A stretch of DNA of 64,000 nt from Ginglymostoma cirratum (taxonomy: Eukaryota): contig JAHRHZ010000267.1 of the NCBI GenBank assembly GCA_024137785.1, forward strand, positions 16,053,325 through 16,117,324, read 5' to 3'. Below, piece after piece: positions 12,401-25,746 of the stretch. Under the pieces are notes generated by a model that saw only the letters and a program-made list of their open reading frames with translations, searched no databases and had not been told where the DNA came from. Each line of letters opens with the position of its first letter. The first letter of the stretch is position 1. The translations under genes were made by a program, and so were the position numbers.

Positions 12401-14099
12401 AGGGAATACAGTGTCAGGCTCATTCCCGCAGCCTGCCTTGCATTCCAAACTACCGACACAGAACATGCAAACTTGAATTGCACAGGCATCTCTGAGATGA
12501 GGAGCAAGCTGTCCTTAACAACAACACAGCTATACCAAGCAATATTAACTGATGATAGTATGAGGTAGACACAATAATATAACCAAAATGTATAGGGGCA
12601 ACACTGTATGCACATATATGTGTATGTATGTGGGTGCCAACTCTTTATCTATCAGACAAAAAGGAAAAAAAGAAGGAAATGGTTTAAAGAAGAAAGTAAA
12701 ATAATCTCTCCACAGCCATATTGCCTGATAATTTGTTAATTTTTAAAGGATTGTACTTTTAATGATTCCAAGGGCTTTCTGACTTTCAAAATCATTGCTG
12801 CCAATTGTTCCCCTCCTGTTCAGAATTTAAATTGCATTCATACTTGCTTTCCACATTAATCAACTACATTTCAGTCACATAGTTCAACAATCAAAATTAA
12901 ATTGTGCTTTACAAAATTTCAAAAGTGTTGTATTCAAAGGAGATAAATTAACCGTTATGTAACTGAATATACCTGATTAGGGATGTTTATGACATGGAGA
13001 TACTTCAAGAACTTGCCTTCCATGTTAATTGGCTACATTTCATTTCATTACTGCACAGCTCAATTTACATGATTATGCTTTTGAAACTTTAATAATGCTT
13101 AAAAATATAAGTCTTCACAACCAAGTTTTAATTTTTTTCACCTAATTATTGTCAAGTACACCAGCTTTGTAAATCACTCTAAATCTCTTCAATCCTGCAT
13201 GCAAAAGAACCAACTAATCTTGAAATATTGTCATAACAAATCCAGGTCAGCCAAATGTTCCAACTCCCTAAGAAGTTGAAGAAGAAAAGCTCTAGGATAT
13301 GTCCTTATTTCCAAAGTCATGGCAGCTATCTCTCTCAATGCCACCATTGCCAAGGGGATCCAACACTGGATTTTTTGTGCCAGCTCAGCCTTCTCCAAAT
13401 TATGACAGAAAATGTTTGACAATGGAGACCTGTGCAAATCAACAAGTATTAACAGAGGAATTACCATCACTCTCACTACAAGTCAACCTGGGCTGTGTCC
13501 CTGTGACACGGCTCTGTGGAAATTCCAGCAGGAATGCCTCAATCTCATTCTGGGGGAAATGTTGAATAAACACTAGCGTCCTTCTTGAAGCCAGCACGAA
13601 AGGTATTGAAGCAAAACTCCTGGAACCTCAACTTCAGTTCACTCAATTTTAAATGCCCCACATTCCAGATGAGGGCAAAGAAAATACTATAAATGTACCC
13701 TGAAGCTCTCCTTGAAATGTAACTGCATTACTGTGTATCCGTATGGTTACCAGCTAAAAATCTTGACGAAATCTGTACAACAGTGAAGTGCTAAAACAGG
13801 TCTATGTTTCGCTGAGGGTGGCCCTGGCTTTACAACTGCAGACCCTTCCTGATAAATAGGTGAATAGTGTCAGGAGTTGGCTCATTAATTGGCCAGACAC
13901 AGTTGGTATCGGGAGGAGCCATTTGGCAGAAGGAACATTTTTTCACTGAAACCTGATTAATCACAACAAATGTCTCAAAAAGGCATCTGGCAATGTGTTC
14001 CACTGCTATGGAAAGTTTCAACACTCACTGTTGTTTGTAGTCTGAGAACTATGGAGTTACTGTGACTACAATTTTATAGGTCAGGTTGATAAAACAGCT

Positions 14100-14720
14100 T
14101 GAAACTCATGACAACGCTAAGAGGTGTACTTTGTCTTGGGTTTCTTTTGTGAAAAGAAGTTGAGACAGAGGTATCGAGAGGTTTGCTCAAAGGCAGTAAA
14201 AGTATGCAGCTTGTGAGCCTTGGTTTTTTATTTAATTTTAAGTTGGAACAGCAGAAGCAGCCTGAATGGGTGGGGTCAAGCTCCCCCAGAATCAGGATTT
14301 TTAGTTTTAGATTTCAGCAGTTGCTGGAGTCTTCAAGGCAGATGTGGAAGCTTTTATTCATCTCTTTGGTACAACTAAAAGCTGAGGTTCTCTTCCTGCT
14401 GCTAGAATTGTATGCGAGACAATCTATTTTACTGAATTTGTCTTTGCCATGGGCATGTTTATGGTATGTTACTATATTGGAACAGTTAATTAGTAGTAGT
14501 TAGTATAGATATATATTATGTATAATTTTGTTAAGCGTGTTGAAAGAGTTATAGTTAAGCCAAATTTTTTATTTTTATTTTGTCTGTATTTTAACTGTAG
14601 TATTAAAAAAAGTGCTTTTTTGCTTAAAGTCAAGCAGTTTGGCCAATCGAATTGCATCTAGAATGCAATACCTTACACTTAACTTTTAAAACAAGAAAGT
14701 TAGGATCCAGGCTATCTAGC
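14100..14720 (+). mobile_element. Putative solo LTR (Gypsy-like)
   Basis: T-rich U3-like composition, attaaa near 14602, U5-like ccaatcgaattgcatct...ggatccaggcta; recognised from memory; no TSD resolved. Confidence 0.5.
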
Positions 14721-16799
14721 TATTGCACGGGAAATACAGGTTAAAGTTCTCTACTTAAGTGCTTCAGTAAAGCCTTTGCATGTACTAATGGGATTTTTAA
14801 GGATTTAGGAAAAACAGACATTTCAAAACTAAGGAGTGAGTGCTTAATGTTTCCTTTCTTGAGAAGATTGTAAGAGGATATCAGACAATAAATGACAGGG
14901 AGAAGTTCACTATCAATCATTCAAATCAGTGATAACCTGCCCATCAAGCTGCATCATGCTTTGTGTCACTAAACCTTAGCAATGAGGCTGAGTCATGGCA
15001 GAAGTGGAAAGAAAAAGATATAAATTCCGTACTCGTGATCCCATTACCCCGTGAGGTATCCTGCCTCATGTACGCAAAGATTTGTGGGTTGATAATTCAG
15101 TCTGGCAGAAACTTGTGATCCTAAGTAGATGGCATCTTCAAGTTGATGAAATCAAGTGGAAAAAGGCATTTATTTGGCAGTTGGGCATTTCTGGTGGTTT
15201 TAACAAGTCTACATTTCCTTGAAAAGTACAAAGCCATGATAAATATTTAATTAAGGGTATATAGACATCTATTTAGCCAATTGTTCAGACAGAATTCCAT
15301 TAAACTTACTTCATGAAACATATTGATGCAAGGATATTCTTTAGAGTACACTTCTGAGAAAATGTTGCATGAGCCACCAGCTTGATGCTAATCTGGCAGT
15401 ACACACAAGTAAACATGATAAGGAGAAGATTTCTCAGAAAGAGAACAAGGAAGCTATCCATGAGTAAGACCAAACTCTTGAATTTGATTAACTGAAGTTC
15501 AGCAACCTGACTAGGCTCAGTAAGGAGGAGGGTAATGCAGATGTAGATCCTTGTGCAGCCAGGACACAAGTTGCAGAGTTCCTGATGATCTAAACTTTTT
15601 CATTGATCGGGGGGTATCCATTCAGGACATTTGACAAATTGATCTTTCAGGTGTCGAAGGTGTTTGAACTGTCTGTGACTCTCTCATCTTTAGCCTTACC
15701 TGGTATTTTCACTGTGGATGACTCTTGATTGTGTGAGTGTGTCGAGGCTATAAAAGTTTGCCTGCATGTTGTTTCAGGACTCTAATTTCCAGTGTGACTA
15801 CACCTTTAATTTTCCTGCATCTCATCCCCATAAGATTTGCCTGGATGTCTGTAGGTCACATGTTACAACTAAATTAACACAAATGAATTTGATTTAAATG
15901 GAGGAAGGATATGTGCTGCTGCTCCATCAACAGCTACCTGGAGACGAACAGGATCAAGGATGTACAGGTAGCTGGACAGTGACTGTGGATGGTCTGTATT
16001 GGTTGTATCTTTGCGTCTAGCCTTTGTCACTGCCCATGCTGTTTATGCTTCTAATGTTAAGCTTAGTACAGAATTTTCTTAAATGTATGCTTAGATTTTG
16101 TTTGTAAGACTTTGAGGGATATGAAAAATGACTTTTTAAAATCAAGTTTCCACTGTAAATACATTTGATATGATATTCTAATGCTATTTTATATCAGACA
16201 AAAAAAATTTCTTTAGTACACATCAAAGAGCTGACCATAGAAAGGTGGGAAAGTCTGAAGAGAGGGAAAAAGAATAGAATATCAAAGTTATAAAAAAAAA
16301 CTTTTCCTCTCTTAAATGTGGTCTTTGGAATTTCACCATTGAATGGTTACTGTTTTATCATTGTGCACATGAATCTCATTAAAGCCCTAAGTCGCCTCAT
16401 TTATCCACCACTCCCAAATCTCCTCCCCTCCCCCTAACAAACGAGATGGCGCAAATTCTTGACGCCTAAATCAGTGTGGGTACTTGACTGTGCAGCCTGC
16501 CCAGTTCTTGTCTTAATCTTAATCCAACTGCTTTTTCACAACAGCATCCTTGCATTCCCCACGGCCACCATCTTCCTTGGTTCTTCATCTATGTAAGTCA
16601 GCATTGGCAAACCACCAGCCTCACTATATCATCATGCCTGCTCTCAGACCAGTTCATGCACCAGTCCAATCAATCAACACTTTACTTTGGAGTTGAGGGA
16701 CATGTATGACTTTTATGCTTCTGCCAAGTCACTTTACGCTTCAGTACGCTTTATGCATCTGCACAGTATACATGTTACAGCACGCATCTTACAGTTAAT

Positions 16800-16988
16800 A
16801 TCTGGCATGGGTAGAGGAGTGGCTGACTGACAGAGGGCAGATTGTGGGGATAAAGGCATTTTTGTTTCAGGATGGCAAACAGTGATTAGTAGAGTCCCAC
16901 AGGAGCCACTGTTGGGACCATAACTATTCGCATTATACATTAACAAGCCAGACAAAGGAATGGAGGGCATTGTTGCTAAGTTTGCAGG
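16800..16988 (+). mobile_element. CR1 RT fragment
   Basis: agtagagtcccacaggagccactgttgggacc...gctaagtttgcag is a decayed SGVPQGSVLGP...KFAD. Confidence 0.8.
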
Positions 16989-17508
16989 GATATGTCACAG
17001 CAGGTCCAACCCGACAATTCCCGTTAGCCCACTGACCCAACCTGCCCTCCCAAGACAACACAATCTGACCTGACTCTTATGGGCATCTTCACAACACACG
17101 TCAACCTCCATAACCCACTCCCTCTTTTAATTAAGGGCCAACGTATATCACCCATGATGGGAACAACCATGAGCCTTTTTTTGGATCAAAGACTCTGTGG
17201 CAGAAGTGCCACTCCCTTCTAATGCCACCCCTCTCCTCCAGACCTGCTAGCCGATCAGAGGCCAACAACTGTGCATTTCAAGTAGCACCAGCAGGAAAGG
17301 TGGCACCCAAGGAAAGACCCAACATCACCAGGCGACCAAAGATGAATGAGGGATGGGGTCATGAGAAGGGATTGTGGATCATTATGTAAGGATCTGGCTG
17401 TCATGTAAATTGCCCCATCCTAACACTTAGTCGCTTAATCAGGCACTGGGTATTTTTACACAAGGGTTCAACTGCAGCCTCGAACAACTACGATCAAATC
17501 AAAATAAA

Positions 17509-18653
17509 CTTTGACAAGGTGCCGCACAGAAGGTAAGATAATGGCCCATGGCGTTAGCGGCAAGGTGCTAGCATGGATAGAAGATTGGCCGTCTGGCAGA
17601 AAGCAGAGAGTGGGGATAAAAGGGTCTTTCTCAGGGTGGCAGCTGGCGACAAGTGGTGTTCCATAAGGGTCAGTGTTGGGACCTCAACTTTTCACTTTAA
17701 ACATTAATGATCTAGATGAAGGAACTGTGAGCATTCTAGCTAAGTTTGCAGATGATACAAAGATAGGTGGAGGGACAGTTAGTATTGAGGAGGTGGGGAC
17801 GCTGCAGAATGATTTGGACAGGTTAGGTGAGTGGGCAAAGAAGTGGTAGATGGAGTACAACGTGGGAAAGTGTGAGGTCATACACTTGGGTAAGAAGAAT
17901 AAAAGCATGGACTATTTTCAAAATGGGGAGAATATTCAGAAGTCTGAAGTGCGAAGAGACCTGGGAGTTCTATTCCAGGATTCTGTCAAGGTAAACTTGC
18001 AGGTTGAGTCAGTAGTCAGGAGGGCAAATGCAATGTTGGCATTTATTTTGAAAGGACTTGAATATAAAAGCAGGGATGTACTACTGAGGCTTTATAAGGC
18101 TCTGGTCAGGCCCCATTTGGAGTATTGTGTGCAGTTTTGGGCCCCATATCTCAGGAAGGATGTACTGGCCCTGGAGCAGGTTCAGAGGAGGTTCACAAGA
18201 ATGGTCCCAGGAATGAAGAGCTTAACATATGAGGAACGTTTGAGGACTTTGGGACTTTAGAAGGATGTGTGGGGATCTAACTGAAACTTACAGAATACTG
18301 AATGGTCTGGACAGAATGGATGTTGGGAAGATGCTTCCATTGGTAGGAGAGTCTAGGACCCGAGGCCACAGCCTTAGAGTAAAGGAAAGACCTTTTAGAA
18401 CAGAGATAAGGAGAAATCTCTTCAGCCAGATAGTGGTGAATCTATGGAATTCACTGCCACAGAAAGCTGTGAGGCCAGGTCATTGAGCACATTTAAGACT
18501 GAGAGAGATAGGTTCTTGATTACCAAGGGGATCAAGGGTTACAGGGAGAAAGCGGCAGAATGGGGTTGAGGAACTTATCAGCCATGATTGAATGGCAGAA
18601 CAGACTCGATGGGCCGAATGGCCTAATTTCTGCTCCTAGGTCTTATGGTCTTA
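17509..18653 (+). mobile_element. 5'-truncated CR1 (HER1-like) LINE with disrupted RT
   Basis: FDKVPH, GSVLGPQLF, KFADDTKIGG, LYKALVRPHLEYCVQFWAP; tail ggtcttatggtctta; possible TSD aactttg. Confidence 0.95.
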
Positions 18654-19059
18654 ACTTTGCTCTTCAGTCTGCCAACATGGTGAACCATCAATGGATGGGG
18701 TATTTGATCAGCAAATATGGGATGAGGCATTAATTGCCCACTTAATAACCTCAATTGACAGTGGGGCAGGAATGACATTCATGTGTCTTCCCTTCCTGGA
18801 CAGAAGGTGAAGAAATCCCATCGGCCTCCCTCATGCCCAGTACCCCTGTCTCCAATCTCATCTCAGGCTTAGGCATTAAGTTTACCCATTGTGCGCAGCA
18901 CAGAGTTTCAGACAGCATGGAAGATCATTGTGGCTATAGAGTTGTTACAACTAAGAACCCACAACGTTTTTCATTTTTACGAGGAAAAATGAAGAAAGAT
19001 TTGAAAAGCCGGGTCTGTTTATGCTAAAACAAATACAGGTCATGAACAACGTAATAGAA

Positions 19060-19385
19060 ATGTCAAAATGATGAAAGGATGGGATTAGGGAGATACAGTT
19101 TTTGTTACTTGATTGATCAAGAACAAAGGATCAGAGGGACAAGTCTAAAGGTAATCAAGAACAGGAGAAATATTTTTGCAGAGATGAGAGGCTGCAGAAT
19201 TTGTTTCTAGGAATAATGCTTGAGACCAAAACTGTGTCAACAATCAAGACTAAATTGAATAGATAAAGGAAAGGACTGAAAGGAGTAGGAGCACAAAGTG
19301 AGCAAATGGTTCAAACTATTTGCTTGTGTGCAAGATGAGAACTAGTACAGATTTGTTAGGCTTAATGGCCTCTTTCCTTTTTGTA
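19060..19385 (+). mobile_element. Old CR1 3' fragment
   Basis: Degenerate agagggacaagtctaaag...ttaggcttaatggcctct 3' end. Confidence 0.55.
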
Positions 19386-19544
19386 ACATTTACACATTTA
19401 TGGTTTTATTTCTTTTTTTTTAATTCGGTGTTGTTTCTGTATTTGTAGTCCGCACTGTCTTTGGTGCTAACACTTAAAATGTTTTCACTGTATCTGTGTG
19501 ATTTTGTGTATAAGTGAGAAAGACTAGCACACAATAAAGCAATC

Positions 19545-20345
19545 TACTGAAATGGATGCAGAAACATTTTGCATTTCGAAGGTCAAGTACAGGTGGAATT
19601 TATACAGTAAATAGCAGAATCCTTAGGAGTATTGATATGCAGAGGAATCTGGGTGTGCAGCTCCACAGATCACTGAAGATGACAGTGCAGGTACATAAGA
19701 TAGTAAAAAAGGCTTATGGCATGCTAGCCTTCATTGCAAGGAGCATTGGGTATAAGGATAGGCAAGTAATGCTGCAGCTTTATAGTACTTCAATTAGGAC
19801 ACACTTGGAATTTGCATACAGTTCTAGTCACTACACTACCAGAAGAATGTGGACACTTTGGAGAGGGTACAGAAAAGGATTACCAGGATATTCCCTGGTA
19901 TGGGGAATTTTAACTATGAAGAAAGGTTGGGTCGACCTGATTTGTTTTCATTGAAATGCAGGACATTGTGGGGTGACCTGATAAAAGGTTATAAGTTTAT
20001 GAACGGTACGGATAGAGTGGGAAGTATGAGACTTTTTCCCAGGGTGAAGGGGTCAATTATTACAGGTTCAAGGTGCGGCTGGGGGTAAGTTTTAAAAGAG
20101 ACGTGCAAGGTAAGTTTTTCACACAAAGGGTGGTGAGTGTTTGGAACACGTTGCCAGAGGAGGTGGTAGAAGCAGTCAAAATAGCAGCATTCAAGAAGCA
20201 CCTGGAAAAATACATGAATAGGAAGGGAACAGAAGGATATGGATCCTGTAAGTGAAGAGAGTTTTAGTATGGAAGGGCAAAATGTGTTGGTGCAGGCTCG
20301 GAGTGTTGAAGAGCCTGTTTCTGTGCTGTATTGTTCTTTGTTCTT
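19545..20345 (+). mobile_element. 5'-truncated CR1 LINE
   Basis: KKAYGMLAFIARSIGYK, LERVQKR, FFTQRVVSVWNTLPEEVVEA; tail ttgttctttgttct. Confidence 0.93.
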
Positions 20346-21880
20346 AAATATAATTTAGAGCATCCACTGGAACCAGTCAGATCTGTCGTGGAAAATTGAA
20401 GTGCACTTTCTTCCCTGTGGCACTGAATGCTCTTCCAGGCCTGGAAATTAGATCAACATTCAAATGCTGTCTCAAAGGTATGTCTTTGCACCGTGTTTAT
20501 ACATTAAGAACAGGAAGCGTGATATTTGCATGTTTGTTTGTAATTTGGATAAGAGTAAATGAGAGAGAGGAATAAAAAGATCTGTCCTTAAATGAGAGAG
20601 AGAAGAAAAAATCTGTCCTTTATGACTCTTCTTCAAAACTTTTATTCAAATGTTCTACCATTTCCTGGTTCTCTTCTCATTCCAGCTATTCTATTTCATT
20701 TGTTACACAAGCAGCAAATTAATATTGAGATGTTATAAACTGAAAGAGCATAAAAAAGCTCTAATTTATGGTCCATCCCAGATAGCAGTCAGTAATTGTA
20801 AAGTTAAATTGCAATACAATGATTTTATGTGTGAAGTTCTTTGTTATCTTGAGTTTACACCCTGTTAAAACATGGGTGTGCATGATCAGCAACAAAAGAG
20901 CTGCAGGATTTATATGGATCTGTCTCCAGAAAGATCACCTTATTGAGGTATCAAGTTAGCTTAACATGACCAGTATCAGTGTTGTCTTTTTTAAACTGTA
21001 TTATTTTCACTGCAGTTTGGTCAAGTGTGCGCTGCCCTTCAATCTACCAATCAAATGGAAAATTAGTTCTGTAGTTTCGTCATTAAAAATTCCATTGGCC
21101 ACAGTTATTGAAGAAAACAAACAGAAGAAATAGAAACAAGATTCTGTGAAATTGGCACTGACATTCACTCCTTCTACAACTATTGACAGAACAAGGCCCA
21201 ACAATCAATGGTGAGCTCAGTTTAGCAATGCTTTGACTCCTCAGTCCTGCATATGCATGAGTGAGAGACATCTTCACAGAAATCTATAATAATATGAAAT
21301 AATATACTTTGTTCGTAAAATATCTTTCATTAAATACCTTTACGTGCAAACCTAGCCACTACAACAGTTTGGTTCTGTACAGTAACATATGAAGAAAAAA
21401 ACATTGGAGTTTGACTCTATCCAAACAACAAACCAGAGGCGTTTCCTACATGTGCAAGACTGTATTGACACATATTTGAGGCATTTGGAGGGTCCGATGA
21501 GTGAAGGGACCCCCATTTAGCTTCGGCAGAAAGACCTTAGACAGTGGTCTTTCCTTGCTGCGACTTGGCAGCAGCTGCCCCATGCTTTAGTGTGTCCCTC
21601 AGCATGTTGTCCGAGACCTTGGAATATGCCAATCTGCAACATTCAGTCAGGGTCAGCTCCTTGTTCTGGAAGACCAACAAGTTTCAGGCCGACCAAAGAA
21701 CGTGTCTTACCGAATTGATGGTCCTCCAGACACAGTCAATGTTTGTCTTGGCATGTGTCCCAGGGAACAGGCCTAGGAGCACAGAGTCCTGCTTCATGGA
21801 GCTAATTGGGCCAAATATCAACAAAAACCACTGCAACTTTCTCCTGACTTCCTTTGCAAAGGCACATACCAGAAGGAGGT

Positions 21881-22395
21881 AAAGGGTACTGCAGATGCTG
21901 GAGAATCCGAGATAACAAGGCGTGGGGCTGGNNNNNNNNNNNNNNNNNNNNNNNNNNNNNNNNNNNNNNNNNNNNNNNNNNNNNNNNNNNNNNNNNNNNN
22001 NNNNNNNNNNNNNNNNNNNNNNNNNNNNNNNNNNNNNNNNNNNNNNNNNNNNNNNNNNNNNNNNNNNNNNNNNNNNNNNNNNNNNNNNNNNNNNNNNNNN
22101 NNNNNNNNNNNNNNNNNNNNNNNNNNNNNNNNNNNNNNNNNNNNNNNNNNNNNNNNNNNNNNNNNNNNNNNNNNNNNNNNNNNNNNNNNNNNNNNNNNNN
22201 NNNNNNNNNNNNNNNNNNNNNNNNNNNNNNNNNNNNNNNNNNNNNNNNNNNNNNNNNNNNNNNNNNNNNNNNNNNNNNNNNNNNNNNNNNNNNNNNNNNN
22301 NNNNNNNNNNNNNNNNNNNNNNNNNNNNNNNTCAAGTTTTCCTGCTCCTATGATGCTGCTTGGCCTGCTGTGTTCATCCAGCCCCACGCCTTGTT
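21881..22395. mobile_element. Young-subfamily PLE fold-back with 15-bp TSD; centre is an assembly gap
   Basis: TSD ataccagaaggaggt at 21866-21880 and 22396-22410; inverted PLE termini flank the Ns. Confidence 0.92.
21932..22331. other. Assembly gap (400 N)
   Basis: Run of n. Confidence 1.
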
Positions 22396-23763
22396 ATACC
22401 AGAAGGAGGTGTATGGTTCTCAAACCCCCCAGCAGCTGCTTCAAGGGTAGAGTGCGGTAGTGCAGGCTGACTGGGCATACATGAAGGATCTCACAGGTAA
22501 TGCCTTTCTCACCACCAGCCAAGCAATGTCTTAGTGCTTGTTGAAAAGTTCTGGTGATGAGGCATTCCGCCAAATGACTTTGACAGTTGGCTTGAGGAAC
22601 AACCCAACAGAATGCACCCTTTCCTTTTCCTGGAGGGTCTTGATGATGCTATGTGCTGACTATTTCTTGATGGACTTGTGAAAGGTGTTCTTCTTTGCAA
22701 GTTTCTCCACGAAGAACAGGTGATATAACATGATTCAACAATTTGGAGTGTTCCGTGACAATGAGGTTAGACCCATCCTTCGCAACATTTGGGACAGGTA
22801 GATTCTCAGTACGTAGTGACACTTGGTGTTTGTATACCCGAGGGTCTACACAAAGCTTGATGCAGCAAAAAAAAAAAGTGGCCATCAGGATGACGGCAGC
22901 ATTCGGTGTGTCCTTCCTTCCTCTTTATTCAGTGTTTTGAACACAGTGTCCCTGCAGACCTGATCTATCTTAGACATGCAGATGAAGTCAAAGGTGGCTG
23001 GGGTGACTGAAACTGTGCAGGATCTGGAAATGAGCCAGACCTGCGCCACACACAATAGCCAAAGTTATAATATTATCGCGTAAGACATGCAGATAGTAAC
23101 AAATATAACACAAGTTCAAGATTATCAGACAGTTTTTCATAAATTTGCACTACAGCTTCTGAATGGCCTGTTTAATTGCAGAGACAGAAGATAATTAGCA
23201 GGTAAATATATTGGGTTTAATAGGAGGCTGAAGTTGATAGTTGGAGCTGAAAAAAAGAAGTGACCTGACTTTACTGGTGCCAGGACATCACGAGCTATTT
23301 TTGTGGTAGCAACTAATTAATGAGTTTCTTAAAAGGCTGCCATCCCAATTAGAAATGGTGACAAACTCGTCCCCAACCCCTAAGTTTTTGCATTTATCAG
23401 GCAATCATCAGCTCCATAGACTTTGCAGCAATATCAAAGTCCTGTGTTACAAAGCCACTGTCCTTATTATATAGTTTGTCTTATTTAATCAAGGCAGTAC
23501 TTATAATTTATGTTCCTTCTACTGACCACACTGTTGGCTGTATAAGAATGATGCAAGATCAAGGCCTGCTCCGGAATTCATTCCACTATCTCCAGCACAA
23601 AACTAATGGAAAGTTGCATTGTTTTTTTTTGAAAGACACATTAACTCTGTTGATCCCAATGGGTCAGTTGGATATTTAAGCAGCACAGGGCTACTTGATT
23701 AGTCGCAGCTTTCCAGTAGATGGTCAAAGTTTCCATCGTCATCCAACAGGAGCCAGTAGAGGA

Positions 23764-24152
23764 CATAGAAACACAGGAGACAGGAGCAGGAGTAGGCCAT
23801 TTGGCCCCTGAGCCTGCTGTGCCTTTCATTATGATCACGGCTGATCAGCGAGCTCAATACCCTAATCTCATCCTCTCCTCAAATCCCCTGATCCCTTTAG
23901 CCACCTACACTTGCCTCCTTCTTGAAAACACATCATGCCTTGACCTTTCTGTGGTAGTGAATTCTCCAGGCTCACCGCTCTTTGGGTGAAGAAATTTCTC
24001 ATCTCAGTCCTCAGAGGTTTAACCGTTATCCTTAAACTGTGATGCCTGGTTCTGGACTACCCCACCACCGGGAACATCCTTCCTGCACCTAACCAGTCTA
24101 GTCCTGTTGGAATTTTACAGACAGTATAAGATGCAGTCTCATTCTTCTAAAC
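23764..24152 (-). mobile_element. CR1 3' fragment
   Basis: ggagcaggagtaggccatttggcccctgagcctg...gaagaaatttctc...cttctaaact. Confidence 0.85.
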
Positions 24153-24494
24153 TAGTCACTGATGTTCATGGAATCTTTATACTGTACTTAGGTCAATGCA
24201 GTGATCGTTGCACTTTAAAATTAATTCATTGCATTCAAACACTGGGGACAGTTTTAGCTCACAAAATTGTTTTGACGTTTATTGTTTTAATCCATTTTCG
24301 TGCACTTTATTTCATACATTTACCAAATTGGACCCACGGGTCACGTAAGTGCTAGAAAGTAATCTCAAAGTGACCATGCGAACATCAGATTTCTTTTTTC
24401 CTTTTTCTGTGTGCACTTGCTTTTGAACTGTTGATATTCAGAAGTCATTAGAGGAATCTTTTCCAAAATTTGTGCATAGATACTGATATTTTTT

Positions 24495-24815
24495 AAAGGA
24501 TGGATAAAAAAGCAACTGATTCCTTTAGAGAAGGGTCAATGTTGAGAGGGCATAATTTTATGGTGAAGGGCAGCACGTTCGGAGGAGGTTTGAGGAAAAA
24601 TGTTTTCACCCACAGGGTGGTGGGTATCTGGAATGCACTGTCTAGCAGGGTGGTGGAGATGGGAAACCTCACAGCCTTTAAAAAGTATGTGGATGAGCAC
24701 TCAAATGTCAGAAGCATTCAAAGCTATGAGCCAAGTGCTGGAAAGTAGGATTAATTTAAATAGGTTGGAATAAACTGAATGGGCCAAGGGGTCTCTTCTG
24801 CGCTGTATGACTCTA
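24495..24815 (+). mobile_element. CR1 3' fragment
   Basis: RGHNF...RKNVFTHRVVGIWNAL...FKKYVDEH; tail ctgtatgactcta. Confidence 0.88.
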
Positions 24816-24871
24816 AACCAAGCTTGAAAACTTTGATTTTAATAAGCTGAAGATTTTAATCGCATTTTTCG

Positions 24872-25590
24872 ACTCATAGAGCACAGAAACTGACTTTTTG
24901 GTCCAACTTGTCTGAGACAACCAGACATCCCAATCTGACCAAGTCTCATTTGCCAGCATTTGGCCCATATCCCACTAAACCCTTCCTATTCACATACGCA
25001 TCCACATGGATTTAAAATGCTGTAGTTGTACCCGCCTCCACGACTTCCTCTGGCAGCTTGTTCCATACACGCACCACCCTCTGCATGATAAAGTTACCCC
25101 GAAAGTCCTTTTTAAATCTTTCCCCTCTCACCTTAAACCGATGTTTTATAGGTTTGGACTCTGCGTCCTAGGAAAGAAGACCTTGGCTGTTACTCTATCC
25201 AAGCTCCCCATGATTCTATAAACCTCTATAAGGTCACCCCTCACCCTCTGACATTCCAGGAAAAAAGCCCCAGTCTCTTCAGCCCCTCTCTATAACTCCA
25301 ACCTTCCAGTCCCAGCAACATCATTGCAAGTCCTTTTACACCCTCTAAAGATTAACAACATCTTTCCTATAGAAGGACAACCAGAATTGCACACAACCTT
25401 CTAAAAGTGGTCTCACTCATGTTCTTGTGCAGTCACAACATGACATCCCAACTCCAACACTCAATGCTCTGACCAATGAAGGCAAGTGTGCCAAATGCTG
25501 CCTGTCTACCTCTGAGGCCACTTTCTAGGAACTATTCACTTGCACCCCTAGATCTGTTTGTTCATCAACACTCCCCAGGGCCTTACCAAT
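24872..25590 (-). mobile_element. CR1 3' fragment
   Basis: tttgccagcatttggcccatatccc...aggtcacccctc...gaccaatgaaggcaag is antisense CR1 ORF2 end. Confidence 0.88.
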
Positions 25591-25746
25591 AACTTTTGTA
25601 TTAAAACAGTGAAAGGAAGAAATAAACTAGTTTTGGTCACTGGCAAAATTCAACATTGAAAAGGATAGTTTAACTCAACTTGACCACTCAGAGACCAATA
25701 TGGAACAGTTCCATTTCCACCATTGTCCCATTTTTATACCAGTCCT

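Larger units (their letters stand above)
21296..23060 (-). mobile_element. Tx1-clade (L1 group) LINE, ORF2 C-terminal part plus 3' UTR, interrupted by a PLE
   Basis: Minus strand across frameshifts: LLCVAQVW...PNAAVILMATF..CIKLCVDPR...HLLLVCAFAKEV...GLFPGTH...MLRDTLKHGAAAAKSQQGKTTV* (stop 21537-21539); possible TSD tataata(a/t)tat at 21285 and 23066. Confidence 0.85.

Noticed and set aside
13231-13565. Protein-like overlapping ORFs (for example ...LLQLLRELEHLADLDLL)
   Set aside because: Stop just upstream of the minus-strand ORF, no splice support, no family recognised
15306-15569. Minus-strand ORF ending at a gtaagt donor
   Set aside because: Hydrophobic peptide typical of random AT-rich sequence; other frames closed
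20557-20621. ~33-bp tandem duplication; also 4312-4340 and 58699-58740
   Set aside because: Ordinary slippage duplications with two copies; not an array or CRISPR
21802-22450. Long ORFs of 143-198 aa
   Set aside because: Artefacts of translating the N gap
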